Below, piece after piece: positions 8,705 through 17,591 of a DNA stretch of 56,124 bases. Every line of letters starts with the position of its first letter. Within the stretch, counting starts at the first letter, position 1. Made by a program: the position numbers and the translations under genes. The notes beneath the pieces were generated by a model. It was not told the origin of the DNA and searched no databases. It worked only from the letters and a program-made list of their open reading frames with translations. The DNA comes from a virus (taxonomy: Duplodnaviria; Caudoviricetes): positions 1-56,124 of IMG/VR virus record IMGVR_UViG_3300030116_004829. One strand, given 5' to 3'.

Positions 8705-8814
8705 TATTTTTTCCTTTTCTTAAGTTTTTTAAAATCAGCACCAGTTATCTTTGTTCTTGGCTTTGCAACTTTTGCCAACTTTTTTTGTTTAGGTGAGTAT
8801 TTGCTAAATGGCAT
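8704..8814 (-). CDS. Small basic protein (36 aa)
   Basis: MPFSKYSPKQKKLAKVAKPRTKITGADFKKLKKRKK; AGGAGG RBS; stop overlaps the next ATG; missed by the ORF track. Confidence 0.65.
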   Translation of the reverse strand: MPFSKYSPKQKKLAKVAKPRTKITGADFKKLKKRKK

Positions 8815-8815
8815 A

Positions 8816-9082
8816 TTATCCTCCTAACAATTCATTCATCATATGATGAACATCGTCACCTGAACCAACTTTCATGACTTTTACTTTTACACCATCGCCA
8901 TGCTCTTCTTCCATCATTTCCTCTTCTTCACCTATGCCATATTGAGTTTGATGACACAATAATAAAAAATTTACAAGTTGGTCGTCGGTCATTTCTAAAC
9001 CTTCGTGGTCATGTGCAAAACCCATCTTCTCAACAAAAAGGTCTGCATTTTCTTCCATATTTTCTACATTAATTTCAGCCAT
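8816..9082 (-). CDS. Small acidic protein
   Basis: 88 aa, Glu/Met/His-rich. Confidence 0.6.
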   Translation of the reverse strand: MAEINVENMEENADLFVEKMGFAHDHEGLEMTDDQLVNFLLLCHQTQYGIGEEEEMMEEEHGDGVKVKVMKVGSGDDVHHMMNELLGG

Positions 9083-9087
9083 TTTAT

Positions 9088-9603
9088 TTACCTTTCCATA
9101 GTGTTATAATTTTTAGAAGCTTCCAACATCTCTATTAATTCTTGATCAGGCTCTACAGACATTGGACTTGGGTCTTTGGGATCTCGATCTGGTATTGGTC
9201 TTGGTACTGGATCTCGATCTGGTATTGGTAGGTCTTTGGGCAAAGTGCTTGTTCTATCAATAATACTTTGCAACATAGATCTAATATTAGACGGCATTGT
9301 TTTTGCAACAGACCTATCAGGAACTGAATCTTGATTAACAAACATTAGCTCTTTCTTTTGTTGTTCTAAAAAACTCCAAATGTCCATAAGCTCTCCTGGC
9401 ATAGAACTAGCATCAGGAAATGGATCTGTTAATATTTTTTGAACAGTTTGAATTAAATTTATATCACTGGCATTAATCTGTTCTTGTTCTTCACGAGGAA
9501 CTCTAACATTGCCATATGGATTATCTTTATTTAGACTAGGAAACCTTCCTCTTTCGTTGCCTTGTCTAAGAATTCGATCTATCAATGCAGTTTGATCTTT
9601 CAT
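9088..9603 (-). CDS. Hypothetical protein with PIPDRDP repeat
   Basis: 171 aa; 21-nt direct repeat at 9179-9199 and 9209-9229. Confidence 0.6.
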   Translation of the reverse strand: MKDQTALIDRILRQGNERGRFPSLNKDNPYGNVRVPREEQEQINASDINLIQTVQKILTDPFPDASSMPGELMDIWSFLEQQKKELMFVNQDSVPDRSVAKTMPSNIRSMLQSIIDRTSTLPKDLPIPDRDPVPRPIPDRDPKDPSPMSVEPDQELIEMLEASKNYNTMER

Positions 9604-11549
9604 TATTCATCCTCGCTGGTTGTTTCATCTTCGTTTACAACTACTTTGGGCATTGTCACTGGATTGTCTTCATCATCATAAACAACATTGCCATCTTCAT
9701 CAAGTTTAGTAAGTTGCATGTTTTCTAAAAATTTAGGATCTACTGGACTACCATCTTCAAAGAAATATAATTTTTCTACTGGATCATAAGTTAAATTTAA
9801 ATCAATAGTTTGTTGTGGTTTATAACCGAATCTTTGAAACATATAATTAGTTGCATATGGTCCAAGACCACCACCTTTAAAAGCTCTGACTGTAAATGGG
9901 TCTGTTTCTTCTGGTGTTTCAGGATCTGCATCTGGATCTGCATCTTCGTCAGGATCTGTACCTTCATCATCACCAGTAATGGATGACACTTGTGAATCCG
10001 AATCAGTATCAAAAGCATCTAATTGAAATGAAGGATCTATTCCTAATCCATCATCAAATTGACCTTGACCTTGTAATTTATCTAAAACAAGATTTAAACC
10101 ATCTACTCCAGTTGCAGTAGGATACATTTGATCTATAGAAATAAAATCACCATCAACTCTTTTACCACCTGCTAATGCTGTAAAAAAATTACCATCTTTA
10201 ATCATTTGCAATGTATCTCTTTGTTGTGACTTTACAAAAGGCTCTAAACCTTGTGATTCTGCTTGATTAAAAAATGGTTCTAAATTAAAACGATTAGATG
10301 GTGGACTTGATAAAACAAAATTTTGATTATCATCAAAACCAAAAGCTGCACCAATATCATATGGCACATTAGTTCCAATAGATTCGAAAAAACTATCAGT
10401 CGCATCAGGTTGACCTGTAATAACTTTCCCTTCAGAATCTAAACTTGTTCCACTGGCAACATAACCTTGAAATGTTTTATCTAAAACTGGTGAAGTGTAA
10501 GTTGTTGGATCGTCTTTTGCAACTAATTGATTTTTATCACCAAGATCTAATTGTGTAGGATCTCTTGTAATATTTGTTGCACCAACAGGAATGCCTTGAC
10601 CAGTTCCACTAACATCTACATATGTTCTGCCATTATAAGTATAAAAAAGATCGTTATCTGATTTATCATTGCTACGTGCTGATATCGCTTGCTGTTCCAA
10701 TGCTTGTGGAGTAAATCTACCACCAAATTCGTACTTTGTAGGATCTATGTCCACTCTAATTGTGTCATCTCCACCACTGGGTTTGGCAATCGCTCCTATT
10801 AGTTGTAATTCATCGCTATCAAAACCTTCTCGTATGTTTCCAGTTAAATCTTTTGGTGGTGCAATACCATATTCAAACTCAAAATCATCATAATCATAAT
10901 CATACATTCTACCAGTTTCAGGATCTTTAAAATATAATCTCTCTACTTGTCCTCCAATTAGATTTTCTAAACTATAATCACTCCCAAAAACTTTTGTAGG
11001 CTCTGGTTGTGGACTGCCATGTGGACCTAAATCTTCAGCAACTGGTTCTGGTACATTCGGATCCATAGCACTTAATTGTGGTTGACTTGCAGAAAACTCA
11101 TCAAATGTCATTCCAACAGAATCTAAATATGCTTTTGTTTCATCTGCATATGGTCCTTCACCATATTTATACATTCCATCAGCAGGACCAAAATAATAAC
11201 CTTTTGGAGCAACTACACCACCCAAACCTTTTTGAAGTTGACTGTAATCAGTGCCAACTGATGTCGGATTAGGATCTTGAAGTTGCACTCCACCACTTTG
11301 TTTATCACCTAATAACAAATTTGTTTCTGTATTATCAGTTAAATTACTTAATGCACCTGTGTTAGTTCCCATGTTCAGTGGATCTTGAAAATCTGAAGAT
11401 CCAATAATAGGATTATTGACAATATCTTGTTGTTGAGTTTCCACATTTTGCATTGCTTGACGAAACTGGTCGGCAGTAATTTCACCTGCTTGCAATTGAT
11501 CAATAAAAGGCACCATCTCATTAGTAAAATGTGCAAAATTATGTGGCAT
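9603..11549 (-). CDS. Large acidic protein, putative internal virion protein
   Basis: 648 aa, Asp/Gly/Pro-rich and low complexity, in the late operon after the portal. Confidence 0.6.
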   Translation of the reverse strand: MPHNFAHFTNEMVPFIDQLQAGEITADQFRQAMQNVETQQQDIVNNPIIGSSDFQDPLNMGTNTGALSNLTDNTETNLLLGDKQSGGVQLQDPNPTSVGTDYSQLQKGLGGVVAPKGYYFGPADGMYKYGEGPYADETKAYLDSVGMTFDEFSASQPQLSAMDPNVPEPVAEDLGPHGSPQPEPTKVFGSDYSLENLIGGQVERLYFKDPETGRMYDYDYDDFEFEYGIAPPKDLTGNIREGFDSDELQLIGAIAKPSGGDDTIRVDIDPTKYEFGGRFTPQALEQQAISARSNDKSDNDLFYTYNGRTYVDVSGTGQGIPVGATNITRDPTQLDLGDKNQLVAKDDPTTYTSPVLDKTFQGYVASGTSLDSEGKVITGQPDATDSFFESIGTNVPYDIGAAFGFDDNQNFVLSSPPSNRFNLEPFFNQAESQGLEPFVKSQQRDTLQMIKDGNFFTALAGGKRVDGDFISIDQMYPTATGVDGLNLVLDKLQGQGQFDDGLGIDPSFQLDAFDTDSDSQVSSITGDDEGTDPDEDADPDADPETPEETDPFTVRAFKGGGLGPYATNYMFQRFGYKPQQTIDLNLTYDPVEKLYFFEDGSPVDPKFLENMQLTKLDEDGNVVYDDEDNPVTMPKVVVNEDETTSEDE

Positions 11550-11752
11550 TATCTTCTCCCTGTTTGTTGAAGAAATGCAAGTAAATTACCTAAAGCACCA
11601 AAGTTTCTATCTTTAGCTTGCTTGTCTTGCATCATTTTTTGCATCACCATCTGTTGCATTCTAGGATCTGCTCCTTGTTGCATAGGTGGTTGCATACCTC
11701 CAAATTGACTTGGATCAACTGGATTTAAAGCTAATACATCACTTATTCGCAT
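11549..11752 (-). CDS. Small Gln/Met-rich protein
   Basis: 67 aa overlapping the portal stop codon. Confidence 0.55.
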   Translation of the reverse strand: MRISDVLALNPVDPSQFGGMQPPMQQGADPRMQQMVMQKMMQDKQAKDRNFGALGNLLAFLQQTGRR

Positions 11753-14147
11753 TTTTCATAGCTTCCATTTGTATCTTTGCTGCTGTCTTTTCTCTTTCTA
11801 ATTTTAGGTCAGCTTCTAACTTTGCAATTTTAGCTTGAAGATCTGCTTGTGCTTTGGCAGCATCGATTTGCATATCTTGTCTTGCTTCAAGTTGCTTAAT
11901 CTTGATATCTGATGCAGCTTTTGCTTGGTCTGCTTGTATTTCAGATTGTGTTCTGGCTTTAAGTGCTTGAGCTTCGAGTTGTGCAAGTTGTTGGGCATAT
12001 TGTAAAGGATTTTGTTGCTGTTGTCTTTGCTGGGCATTCCTAAATGCTTCAATTTGTTGCATTTGAGGTGCTTGTCGGACAACTTGTGCTGCTCTCTGGC
12101 TTATCAATCTATCTAAATCAGGACTGATATCTTTGCCTTCATATTTAGGATCTTTGAAATCTGGTACATCAGGCATTGGTATTTTAATGCTTGCTTCCAT
12201 TCTATTTCTATATAATAAGGCAATATGCTCTGCTATGTGAGCAACAATTAGTGGTTGCGATCTTTTTAATGCTGGATTTGCAGCTAACGATGGATCTTGT
12301 AAAAATTGCATGTGAACAGCAATATGAGATTCATGATCTTGTTCGACAAATGCTTTTATTGGCTTGCCATATAACACTGACATATTTTCATCTATCGGAT
12401 CCATTCTTTTAGCTTCTTGAGGCTCTTTTAGAATCTCTTCTATGTTTGGAATCCTTATGGCTTCATACATACGTTTATATGCAGCATGCAAATCATGCAA
12501 TTGTGGAGCTGATTGTGCCATTTGTAAAATGGCTTGAGCTTGAGCAATACGTTGCGTGCTAGAAAAAATGTTTGGATCGCTGACTGGTATGATGTCAACT
12601 CTGCCATCAAAATCAGCTGCGAAGATTTCAGAACTTGCTCCTGCTAAAGCAAATTGAAAAGATTCAGTTAAATTTTCAGCATACAACTTAGCAAGTAATT
12701 TAAACTCTTGACCTTGTGAATAATGTAATCTTTTATGAATTGCAGAAAACGCTTTTGAGCCTTGTTCAATCAAGGCAACTGTAGAGCCGACTGGTGCATT
12801 CGGATTAACGTCACCAACATTTAGGTCAGCAGTATTTGCAAATCTTTTACCTGCTTCAACAATAAATCCTAATAAATTAAACAAAGATCCACTAGGCTCT
12901 TTAAATGGCAAAGGCATAATAGCTTTATTAACATCGTCAACAGTTGCGTCTAAATCAACAAACTCTCCAGGATTGACTTGCATCTCGCCACCAGAGACTC
13001 TTCCTCTTAATTTAAATCCACCTTGCATATTGCTAAATGCAGCAGAGTCTAGCAATGCTCTTAATGAACCAGTTGCAGCTTTGCCTAATCCACCGATTAC
13101 ATGATAAAGACCGAAACCATAAAATCCTAATCCTGGAAGAAACTTATAACTGACAAACCATTCTCTTTTTAATTTCTTTTCATCTTCTTCATTCCAGTTC
13201 CTGCGAATGCTGACAATAGTATCGTTGTCATAATCTATTGTTATAACATAAGGCAATCCAACTTCTGATTCTTCTTCATCAAAGTAATCATAAACATGCA
13301 TTTCTAATAAAGTAATAATATGATCTTCAGATTCATCTAAATCTTGATCAACACCTTCAATCTGTCCTACAGTATTGCCAGAAGGATCTATATCACTGCC
13401 TTGGTCTGAAGTTGGTAAATAATAACCAGATTCAACATATCTTTCATAATCATTTTTCGGCATACGAATGACATGAGTATATCTGATTGATGTATGCAAG
13501 TCTTTGCTCTCTGGCGAAACAACAAAGTCTTCTGCTTTTACAAACTGAGAACATTGTCTATCTAAATTAACATCCCACCAAATCTTTTTAAAAGTATGTC
13601 CAACTAATGGAAGATGAAATAACATTTGATCAAGTTCAGGGAAATATTCTGGCATTTCCTGAGTGATCTGATAATTCATAAAGTCTTTTACTCTGCGAGC
13701 TTGATCCTCTGATTCTTCTGTTGGCTCACCAACAATAACAGTTTTCACTGGTCCACCAGACGGATACAATTCAGCAATAGCTCTAGCATTAAATTGAGTT
13801 GCAGCTTCTGCAATTAAAGGATGAACAACAACACTTAGACCTCTTGTTGCTCTCTCATCTTCACCTTCATCAAGTCCACCATCGGCATCTAAAGTTTCTA
13901 AACCTTTTTTATATTTTTCTTCCCATTCAGATCTAGCTTCTCTGTCAGTTTCATAGGCTTTAATTAATTCTGAAGCTTTTCTATTTAATTCTTTTTCATC
14001 TATTTGTTCAGCTAAATTTTCATCAAAAGAACTTTCAGTTTCTTCAACAATATCAAGTTCTGGGTCGCCTATCAATACATCATCACCTACTTCTTCAACT
14101 TTTAAATCATCTGGTGGTGATCCTTCGGCAAAAGGTATTTCAACCAT
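11739..14147 (-). CDS. Portal protein (P22-like, with C-terminal coiled-coil barrel)
   Basis: 802 aa; HPLIAEAATQF, YKFLPGLGFYG.GL and LLD.A..SN motifs; Gln/Ala coiled-coil tail; follows TerL. Confidence 0.92.
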   Translation of the reverse strand: MVEIPFAEGSPPDDLKVEEVGDDVLIGDPELDIVEETESSFDENLAEQIDEKELNRKASELIKAYETDREARSEWEEKYKKGLETLDADGGLDEGEDERATRGLSVVVHPLIAEAATQFNARAIAELYPSGGPVKTVIVGEPTEESEDQARRVKDFMNYQITQEMPEYFPELDQMLFHLPLVGHTFKKIWWDVNLDRQCSQFVKAEDFVVSPESKDLHTSIRYTHVIRMPKNDYERYVESGYYLPTSDQGSDIDPSGNTVGQIEGVDQDLDESEDHIITLLEMHVYDYFDEEESEVGLPYVITIDYDNDTIVSIRRNWNEEDEKKLKREWFVSYKFLPGLGFYGFGLYHVIGGLGKAATGSLRALLDSAAFSNMQGGFKLRGRVSGGEMQVNPGEFVDLDATVDDVNKAIMPLPFKEPSGSLFNLLGFIVEAGKRFANTADLNVGDVNPNAPVGSTVALIEQGSKAFSAIHKRLHYSQGQEFKLLAKLYAENLTESFQFALAGASSEIFAADFDGRVDIIPVSDPNIFSSTQRIAQAQAILQMAQSAPQLHDLHAAYKRMYEAIRIPNIEEILKEPQEAKRMDPIDENMSVLYGKPIKAFVEQDHESHIAVHMQFLQDPSLAANPALKRSQPLIVAHIAEHIALLYRNRMEASIKIPMPDVPDFKDPKYEGKDISPDLDRLISQRAAQVVRQAPQMQQIEAFRNAQQRQQQQNPLQYAQQLAQLEAQALKARTQSEIQADQAKAASDIKIKQLEARQDMQIDAAKAQADLQAKIAKLEADLKLEREKTAAKIQMEAMKNANK

Positions 14148-15648
14148 ATAATGTCATCCTTGTTTTCGTTTCGTAATTTTCATCTTCTCTATCGTCTTGA
14201 GAATGAGTAACAAACCAACCTTTTCGCAACCTTAACCATGCTTGCGTACATGTATCAACTATATCATCATTATCACCTGCTGGGAATGCTGCACAGATGT
14301 CTATTAAATCTTTACTCCATTTTTTGTTAGATGGAAAGTAAATTCTTCCATCTTCTAGTAAAGCAGACGATGCATGAGCACGAGCTTCCTTATCTCTATC
14401 AGGTAAATATTCAATAACTGGCACACCTGCCATGCGCAAATCTTGCAACAAACTTTGGCCAGAAGCTTTCTTTTCTATCAACACAGCGTCAGGCTCATAG
14501 TCTTCATAAGCGTCTTGTGCGATTCTTCTTAACTCAGGATATGTAACTCTATCATACCACATCTCTAAAACTAAAGCATTTATTTGGCCATCTTTCCTGA
14601 ACACACCCCATGTTGTTCTAGCAGAATAAGAAGTTTTTTCTTTAGTGCTGAATGCTGTATCGTAAGATTGCAATACATATTCTATTTCTGGGAGATGACT
14701 ATTTTCCCATGGCACCCACCATTCTGATTTTAAAATACCACCACCTTTGGGCATTGGTCTTTGTTGCAGCTGACCTGCTGAGGCATATGACCCCAGACTC
14801 TTTTCCAAGTTCTGTAAAGTTTTCTCGTCAATCCTCTCTGGCCACAACAGATCTCCTTCTTTTGTTCTTGGGTCTGTGAAGTACAATTTTGACTTGGTTG
14901 GTGACGGATGCCCGATTTCATATCGAGCAGGTAAGCATAAATGATCCCATTCATCGTTTTCGTTCGCTAATATGTGTCCTGTTAAATCGTTTTCATGAAC
15001 TCTTTGCATTATAATTACAAAAGCACCTGTCTTTGGATCGTTAAGTCTGGTCTGCATCGCTTGATCCCACCATTCAAGAACTCCTTCTCTAACAGTAGAA
15101 GATTCAGCTTCTCTTACATTGTGCGGATCGTCAATAACAATAATGTCTCCACCTTCACCAGTTAATGCACCATCAACAGATGTTGCTATTCTATACCCAG
15201 TTTTATTATTCTCAAAGCGTTGTTTTTGATTTTGGTCAGTTGTCAGCTCAAAAGAATCGCCAAAATATTCTTTATACCATCTGCTGTCAATTAATCTTCT
15301 ACACTTTACAGAGTCACGAATCGATAAAGATCCTGCATAAGATGCAAACAAGAATCGTTTCTCTGGGCATTTAGACCAAGTCCATGCTGGTAAAGCAACA
15401 GCAACAGAAATAGATTTCATATGTCTAGGAGGAATATTAATAATTAATCTTTTAATATCTCCTTCAACGACAGCTTGCAAATGCTCAGCTATTGCATCAA
15501 TGTGCCAGTTGTCATGGAAATCTCTTCCAGGCTCAATCGTCTGCCAACTGTTCTTGATAAACTCCTTGAAGGATCTCTTCATCTTCTCCGATTTGATCTC
15601 CTTCAACGACAGCGTGTTCAAGAACTCTTTCAATTGTGGTGAGGTCAT
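14140..15648 (-). CDS. terL: Terminase large subunit
   Basis: Walker A-like NIPPRHMKS, Walker B IIVIDDPH, nuclease residues SYDTA, IEKKASG and DDIVD. Confidence 0.95.
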   Translation of the reverse strand: MTSPQLKEFLNTLSLKEIKSEKMKRSFKEFIKNSWQTIEPGRDFHDNWHIDAIAEHLQAVVEGDIKRLIINIPPRHMKSISVAVALPAWTWSKCPEKRFLFASYAGSLSIRDSVKCRRLIDSRWYKEYFGDSFELTTDQNQKQRFENNKTGYRIATSVDGALTGEGGDIIVIDDPHNVREAESSTVREGVLEWWDQAMQTRLNDPKTGAFVIIMQRVHENDLTGHILANENDEWDHLCLPARYEIGHPSPTKSKLYFTDPRTKEGDLLWPERIDEKTLQNLEKSLGSYASAGQLQQRPMPKGGGILKSEWWVPWENSHLPEIEYVLQSYDTAFSTKEKTSYSARTTWGVFRKDGQINALVLEMWYDRVTYPELRRIAQDAYEDYEPDAVLIEKKASGQSLLQDLRMAGVPVIEYLPDRDKEARAHASSALLEDGRIYFPSNKKWSKDLIDICAAFPAGDNDDIVDTCTQAWLRLRKGWFVTHSQDDREDENYETKTRMTLYG

Positions 15649-16111
15649 TATCTGTCAATCTACTTATGTCTAAAACTTTTCTTTCTTCTATTTGTGCTTT
15701 TACTTCAACTGCTTTTAAATCAGGAACACATTTGCCTAATAAAGTTTTTGCAGCCATAACTCTGAGCTCAGGGTCTGCTCCTATCTTACCAATGTTTTGA
15801 ACTGTACCATCATCACTTTGCGAATAAACAGGAAACATTTCTTTGCCATGCATAACAGATGCAAGAAATCCTACAGGATCTGCTTGTCCCATAATCCAGT
15901 TGATTGTTGCAGGATGATTCCACTTTTGATATCTTTTTTGTCTTGGTTGTGCAACCTTTTGATTCTTTAAAGCTTCAACAGATTTAAACCTGCCATCCCA
16001 CTTTTCTGGCTTAACATTGCGACCATTGTTGATTGGTCTTTGCACTTGAACTTTCTTTCCTTTGTCTGAAACCATTATTTTCCTCTCATAAACCTTGTTT
16101 TCAGTGGTCAA
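15533..16111 (-). CDS. Putative terminase small subunit
   Basis: Directly upstream of and overlapping terL; DP..FL and AAKTLL.K.VPDLKAVE helical motifs; true start may be the internal Met (MVSDK). Confidence 0.65.
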   Translation of the reverse strand: MTTENKVYERKIMVSDKGKKVQVQRPINNGRNVKPEKWDGRFKSVEALKNQKVAQPRQKRYQKWNHPATINWIMGQADPVGFLASVMHGKEMFPVYSQSDDGTVQNIGKIGADPELRVMAAKTLLGKCVPDLKAVEVKAQIEERKVLDISRLTDNDLTTIERVLEHAVVEGDQIGEDEEILQGVYQEQLADD

Positions 16112-16137
16112 CTGTAAATTAACTATAATCTATTTTT

Positions 16138-16170
16138 AAAAAAAATAAACCCTCATTTTTATCTGAGGGT
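16138..16170 (-). terminator. Rho-independent terminator
   Basis: ACCCTCA/TGAGGGT stem followed by a long T-run on the minus strand. Confidence 0.8.
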
Positions 16171-16280
16171 CTAAGTTATTTAGCAAGTCATGGAGAAAAC
16201 TTACTACCAGTGAGCATTTGAAAGGGAGGAACACAGCTATGTTGCTCATTCCATAGCTCTGGATTCCAAGAATCACAACC
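16138..16280 (-). ncRNA. Candidate structured small RNA (~140 nt)
   Basis: ORF-free, relatively GC-rich island with several hairpins, between a TTTACT-N16-TAATAT promoter and a terminator. Confidence 0.55.
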
Positions 16281-16282
16281 TA

Positions 16283-16310
16283 ATATTAAATTAATTATTA
16301 CAAAAGTAAA
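16283..16310 (-). promoter_or_regulatory. Sigma70-like promoter for the candidate sRNA
   Basis: -35 TTTACT (16310-16305), 16-nt spacer, -10 TAATAT; same -35 as six other promoters here. Confidence 0.5.
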
Positions 16311-16357
16311 CATTAAACTTAAAAAAGATACAAAAATAAATTTAAATAAAAACTCAA

Positions 16358-16552
16358 TCATTTTTCTTTATCAATCAATGTATTTAATTTTGAATACCAT
16401 CTTTGCCAATCACATATGTCAGTGTACATATTATCTTTCAGACCATTAAGATATTCTAATTTAGTTTTGTCTCCAAGAATAAATTTTAATTTTTTAGGAT
16501 CGCTTTCTTGAAAACCTCTTATCAATTTTTTATAAATATCTATATCATGCAT
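16358..16552 (-). CDS. Hypothetical early protein
   Basis: 64 aa, overlaps the upstream stop, GAAAGG RBS. Confidence 0.55.
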   Translation of the reverse strand: MHDIDIYKKLIRGFQESDPKKLKFILGDKTKLEYLNGLKDNMYTDICDWQRWYSKLNTLIDKEK

Positions 16553-16742
16553 TTGTAAACCTTTCCAAATCTTTTAGAGCCAAAGTGTATTGACCTCTTT
16601 TGTATTTGTTTCCTGTTATTTTTGTAGCTGCATTAAGAATGTCCTTACCAGACATTCTAGAGTTTTTCATCCCAAGAGACAACAATTTAAGATGTCCCTT
16701 GAGAAAAACTGCTTGAACTTTTGGATCTGATGGATTAATCAT
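16545..16742 (-). CDS. Hypothetical early protein
   Basis: 65 aa; LGMK.SR...ITG..YKRGQY. Confidence 0.65.
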   Translation of the reverse strand: MINPSDPKVQAVFLKGHLKLLSLGMKNSRMSGKDILNAATKITGNKYKRGQYTLALKDLERFTNA

Positions 16743-17026
16743 TTGTTGTAACCAGATAAAGTTATTTTTAAAGTTGTAGAAGATTTAGTGTGAGCTCTCA
16801 TAAACTGAGGAGACAATTTATTTCTAACAGCTTTCATATCTAATCTTTCAGTTGTCACTTCTGAAACAACTGCTTTATGCTCTTCACCTTGATAAACGCC
16901 AACACCTAAATGTTTAAGAGTTGTAACAATACATTTCTCAGCATTGTTAATTTTTTCTTTTTCAGCTCGCAATGCAGCTAGTTCATTGACTAAATCAAAA
17001 ACGATATTATTGCTCATGTTATTCAT
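16739..17026 (-). CDS. Hypothetical early protein (coiled coil plus beta domain)
   Basis: Start reassigned to ATG 17026, which follows an AGAAAGGA RBS; the longer ORF would run through the ribozyme. Confidence 0.7.
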   Translation of the reverse strand: MNNMSNNIVFDLVNELAALRAEKEKINNAEKCIVTTLKHLGVGVYQGEEHKAVVSEVTTERLDMKAVRNKLSPQFMRAHTKSSTTLKITLSGYNK

Positions 17027-17045
17027 AATTAATTCCTTTCTAAAT

Positions 17046-17104
17046 TTGCTATCGCAGACCTTTCGGTTTCGGGTGGGGAGCAACCCCACCACTCATCAGT
17101 ACGA
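17046..17104 (-). ncRNA. Type I hammerhead ribozyme
   Basis: Minus strand UCGUA-CUGAUGA-G(U)GGUGGGG UUGCU CCCCACC C-GAAA-CC GAAA GG-UC/UGCGA-U-AGCAA: full catalytic core, three stems, GUC cleavage triplet, loop II/3' tail pseudoknot. Confidence 0.9.
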
Positions 17105-17105
17105 A

Positions 17106-17456
17106 TTAACAACCATAAGCTTCGCAATAAGCTACTGATCCATAACTTGGCTCATCTTCTTCCCAAAGATACTCGTTAAGCTTTCCACCATTATCAGTAT
17201 GTAATTTCATTTTATCAGCTAAAACACTCATTGTTTGCTCAAGCAAATCTCTAGCTTTAGTTGTATCTCCTTCAGCTTTTCTAATAAAATCTGAAAGTAG
17301 AAAAACTTTATTATGATTCCATCTATAACCTTTAGAATCTTCTGCTTGTACACAATAACCTTCGTGATGTATATCAGAACCACATTCGTCTCTTCCTGCA
17401 AAAAACAACCAAGAGTGTTGTATAAAAAATAATCCTTTTGCTGCTGTTATATTCAT
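17106..17456 (-). CDS. Hypothetical early protein
   Basis: 116 aa with GAGAAAGGA RBS; C-terminal P.YGS.AY. Confidence 0.7.
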   Translation of the reverse strand: MNITAAKGLFFIQHSWLFFAGRDECGSDIHHEGYCVQAEDSKGYRWNHNKVFLLSDFIRKAEGDTTKARDLLEQTMSVLADKMKLHTDNGGKLNEYLWEEDEPSYGSVAYCEAYGC

Positions 17457-17585
17457 TTATATTTCCTTTCTCAAAAATGATTTGCCTTGCTGTCTTACTT
17501 TTTTATTGCCATTCTTTTTTAATGACTTCTCCCACTTTCTAGAAGTAGAGTGGATTCTTCCTCGACCTTTTATTCCTTTTGACAT
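17457..17585 (-). CDS. Small basic early protein (42 aa)
   Basis: MSKGIKGRGRIHSTSRKWEKSLKK...; first gene after the leftward promoter, GAGAAAGGA RBS; missed by the ORF track. Confidence 0.65.
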   Translation of the reverse strand: MSKGIKGRGRIHSTSRKWEKSLKKNGNKKVRQQGKSFLRKEI

Positions 17586-17591
17586 TTTCAC

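Noticed and set aside
9179-9229. 21-nt direct repeat as a regulatory or att site
   Set aside because: It is an in-frame duplication encoding PIPDRDP in a low-complexity protein region.
16239-16256. Plus-strand mini-ORF MLLIP after GGGAGG, or a CsrA-sponge reading of the GGA motifs
   Set aside because: Promoter and terminator polarity both indicate minus-strand transcription, and the ORF is only 5 codons.
17027-17092. N-terminal extension of ORF 16739-17092
   Set aside because: It runs through the hammerhead with no RBS; the AGAAAGGA RBS points to ATG 17026.
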